Shown here piece after piece: positions 63,601-64,000 of a DNA stretch of 64,000 nt. A model generated the notes under the pieces. That model had not been told where the DNA came from, did no database searches, and saw nothing but the letters and a program-made list of their open reading frames with translations. Numbering within the stretch: position 1 is the first letter of the stretch; every line of letters begins with the position of its first letter. Made by a program: the position numbers and the translations under genes. The stretch is from Sphingobacteriaceae bacterium (GTDB lineage Bacteria > Bacteroidota > Bacteroidia > B-17B0 > Aurantibacillaceae), in the NCBI GenBank assembly GCA_947453445.1, contig CANGGP010000006.1, forward strand, positions 15,999 to 79,998. Direction: 5' to 3'.

Positions 63601-64000
63601 ATCCCTAGTAGTCCATTTGCAAAATCACCTTTCATTAAAGGTGTTGTAGAATTAGAAGAATTCGCAATCCACAAATTATCGCTGCCTGTTTCGAAATAAC
63701 CTGCATCTCTACCTAAAAATACATTACCAGTGCCGGTTGTTACAGTACGACCAGCGCGATAACCAAGGGCAACGTTATAACTACCGGTAGTTACAGAGGC
63801 CATTGCTTGTGAACCCAAAGCGGTGTTTAATGCACCACTTGTGTTAGAGAATAAAGCTGACTGACCAACAGCCGTATTTTCAAAACCGGTTGTATTGGCT
63901 TTTAGTGCTGAAAAACCACTTGCTTCATTAAAACTTCCAGTTGAGTTTGAATACATAGCCTGCGAACCACTGGCATTATTAAACGAACCGGTGCTGTTAG
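60615..64000 (-). CDS. giant repeat-rich fibre/adhesin-like protein with no recognisable T9SS sorting domain; N-terminus lies beyond the window end
   Basis: The reading frame stays open upstream of the track Met (NSTGSFNNASGSQA-MYSNSTGSF). It has long runs of 17-residue repeats (NxAxGxxALxxNTxGxx) interrupted by conserved connector motifs, and a non-repetitive C-terminal domain of about 90 aa. Confidence 0.85.
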   Translation of the reverse strand, partial: NSTGSFNNASGSQAMYSNSTGSFNEASGFSALKANTTGFENTAVGQSALFSNTSGALNTALGSQAMASVTTGSYNVALGYRAGRTVTTGTGNVFLGRDAGYFETGSDNLWIANSSNSTTPLMKGDFANGLLGINTASATEALDVNGNLKFSDALMPGGLSGSAGEFLISQGANTAPIWTTVATGTNVWSLTGNAGTTPSLNFLGTTDNNDLMFRVNNGLAGRINSANSSIYFGNSAGNETTTSTWNSAYGEYALKSIDTGNENTALGDWTLMNLTTGSYNSAIGSESQHFNFTGANNTSLGGYSLRSNTTGSYNLALGNNAMYNTVGSFNSAVGVNALSNNYTGEKNTALGYNAGSSATGSNNVFIGYDAGSNETNSGVLHIANSSTNTLIYGDFNSNFVGIGTTNANAPLQFDNTFANRKLVLFEASNDDHQFYGLGSSSTEFQYHVDYTGADHVFYAGTSSSTSNELMRVRGNGRVGINSQNTGSNYNLYVYRDASAVNDYGPGKATIAGWRTGSTFSVNGGTGWAYNQVDAAVQGASYWGDVFTAGMAGHNFNDYSNSAGVLGAQYNGNYWAALAFKDANFNVWGIYTPYNTYVGGSIAVGTASATVPSANLHVSGTMRFEDGNQASGKVLTSDASGNATWQTPSGGGGGWGLTGNASTTPSLNFIGTSDNHALNFRVNNQKSGTIDNTLFNTALGYLSLGSNTFGQENAAFGNQALLSNTTGSFNTASGSGALYSNTSSSNNSAFGFMSLSANTNGIGNSGFGSQSLKLNTVGSFNTAIGMNALLSNITGSSNVGVGYNVLNNSGSGSFNTAVGNFAMYSGNSGSSNGAFGYFALGNNSTGSNNNAFGSSALNSNSNGSDNTAIGNQALIFNTSGSQNSALGSLALYANSTGSYNVASGYYSLHNNTTGSFNSAYGMYALRTNSTSNNNVAFGFSAGDQATGAGNVYVGTSAGYGNTGSANVIMGNFAGYQSGNSSNNVFIGSQAGYYETNSNKLYIANSATSVTPLIYGDFSTGNLGIGTTTALSTMDIKGSFASTIIKSSGTGVLTLDGTGSVYYVITAVSSITLPAASTCPNRRYVIVNRSGSARTVSSYIDLTGTAAVGLGNNLGIEIISDGTNWLQIK
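60999..61916 (-). repeat. 18 consecutive 51-nt (17-residue) coding repeats
   Basis: Counted by hand from NTALGYLSLGSNTFGQE to FIGSQAGYYETNSNKLY: 18 x 17 aa = 306 aa = 918 nt, exactly matching the coordinates. Confidence 0.85.

Noticed and set aside
60615-64000. Trimeric autotransporter adhesin (YadA/Hia-type) call for the repeat fibre
   Set aside because: The repeat period is 17 residues, not the 14 of YadA heads. There is no C-terminal membrane-anchor domain, and the context is T9SS (type-B domain plus PorP/SprF). The similarity is compositional only.
1-64000. Search for CRISPR arrays, tRNA/rRNA genes, transposases and toxin-antitoxin or restriction-type defence genes
   Set aside because: By eye I found no spaced direct-repeat arrays, no cloverleaf-like GC-rich 75-nt islands in intergenic regions, no DDE or IS-type ORFs, and no recognisable defence-gene motifs. 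I cannot exclude small RNAs without a covariance-model scan.

Overview
The window is low-GC, densely coding chromosomal DNA. Its gene content points to a member of Bacteroidota: type IX secretion (T9SS) sorting domains, PorP/SprF genes, TAnnTTTG promoter boxes, and the rpsU-recombinase-hpf and rplM-rpsI-rpsB-tsf-pyrH neighbourhoods. I found no tRNA, rRNA, CRISPR array, transposase or prophage gene.

Housekeeping genes: dnaG, ribosomal proteins, tsf, pyrH, a fused 2-oxoacid dehydrogenase E1 alpha/beta, an acyl-CoA carboxylase beta subunit, threonine aldolase, nrnA and tatD.

These are interleaved with accessory, surface-related content:
- Three large paralogous T9SS type-A cargo proteins, two in tandem and one 8 kb away. 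Each has an N-terminal glycine-rich domain, seven Cys-pair Ig-like repeats and a C-terminal sorting domain. The third glycine-rich domain looks like the metazoan ALK/LTK glycine-rich domain.
- A minus-strand run of five genes at the right edge: a giant fibre protein of 17-residue repeats without a sorting domain, a small T9SS type-B protein, PorP/SprF, a 1099-aa TPR/beta-propeller/OmpA protein and a GlmU-like gene.
- A second, minimal type-B-domain/PorP pair at 20.4-21.9 kb.
- A PNGase F-like T9SS protein with a large LamG-containing insertion, near a GH92 mannosidase.
- An ABC-exporter membrane domain without an ATPase, fused to a HlyD adaptor, next to TolC and TetR.
- A bacterial SET-domain protein and an orphan DUF1987/SiaC-like gene.

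All family assignments come from motif reading and memory. No searches were run.
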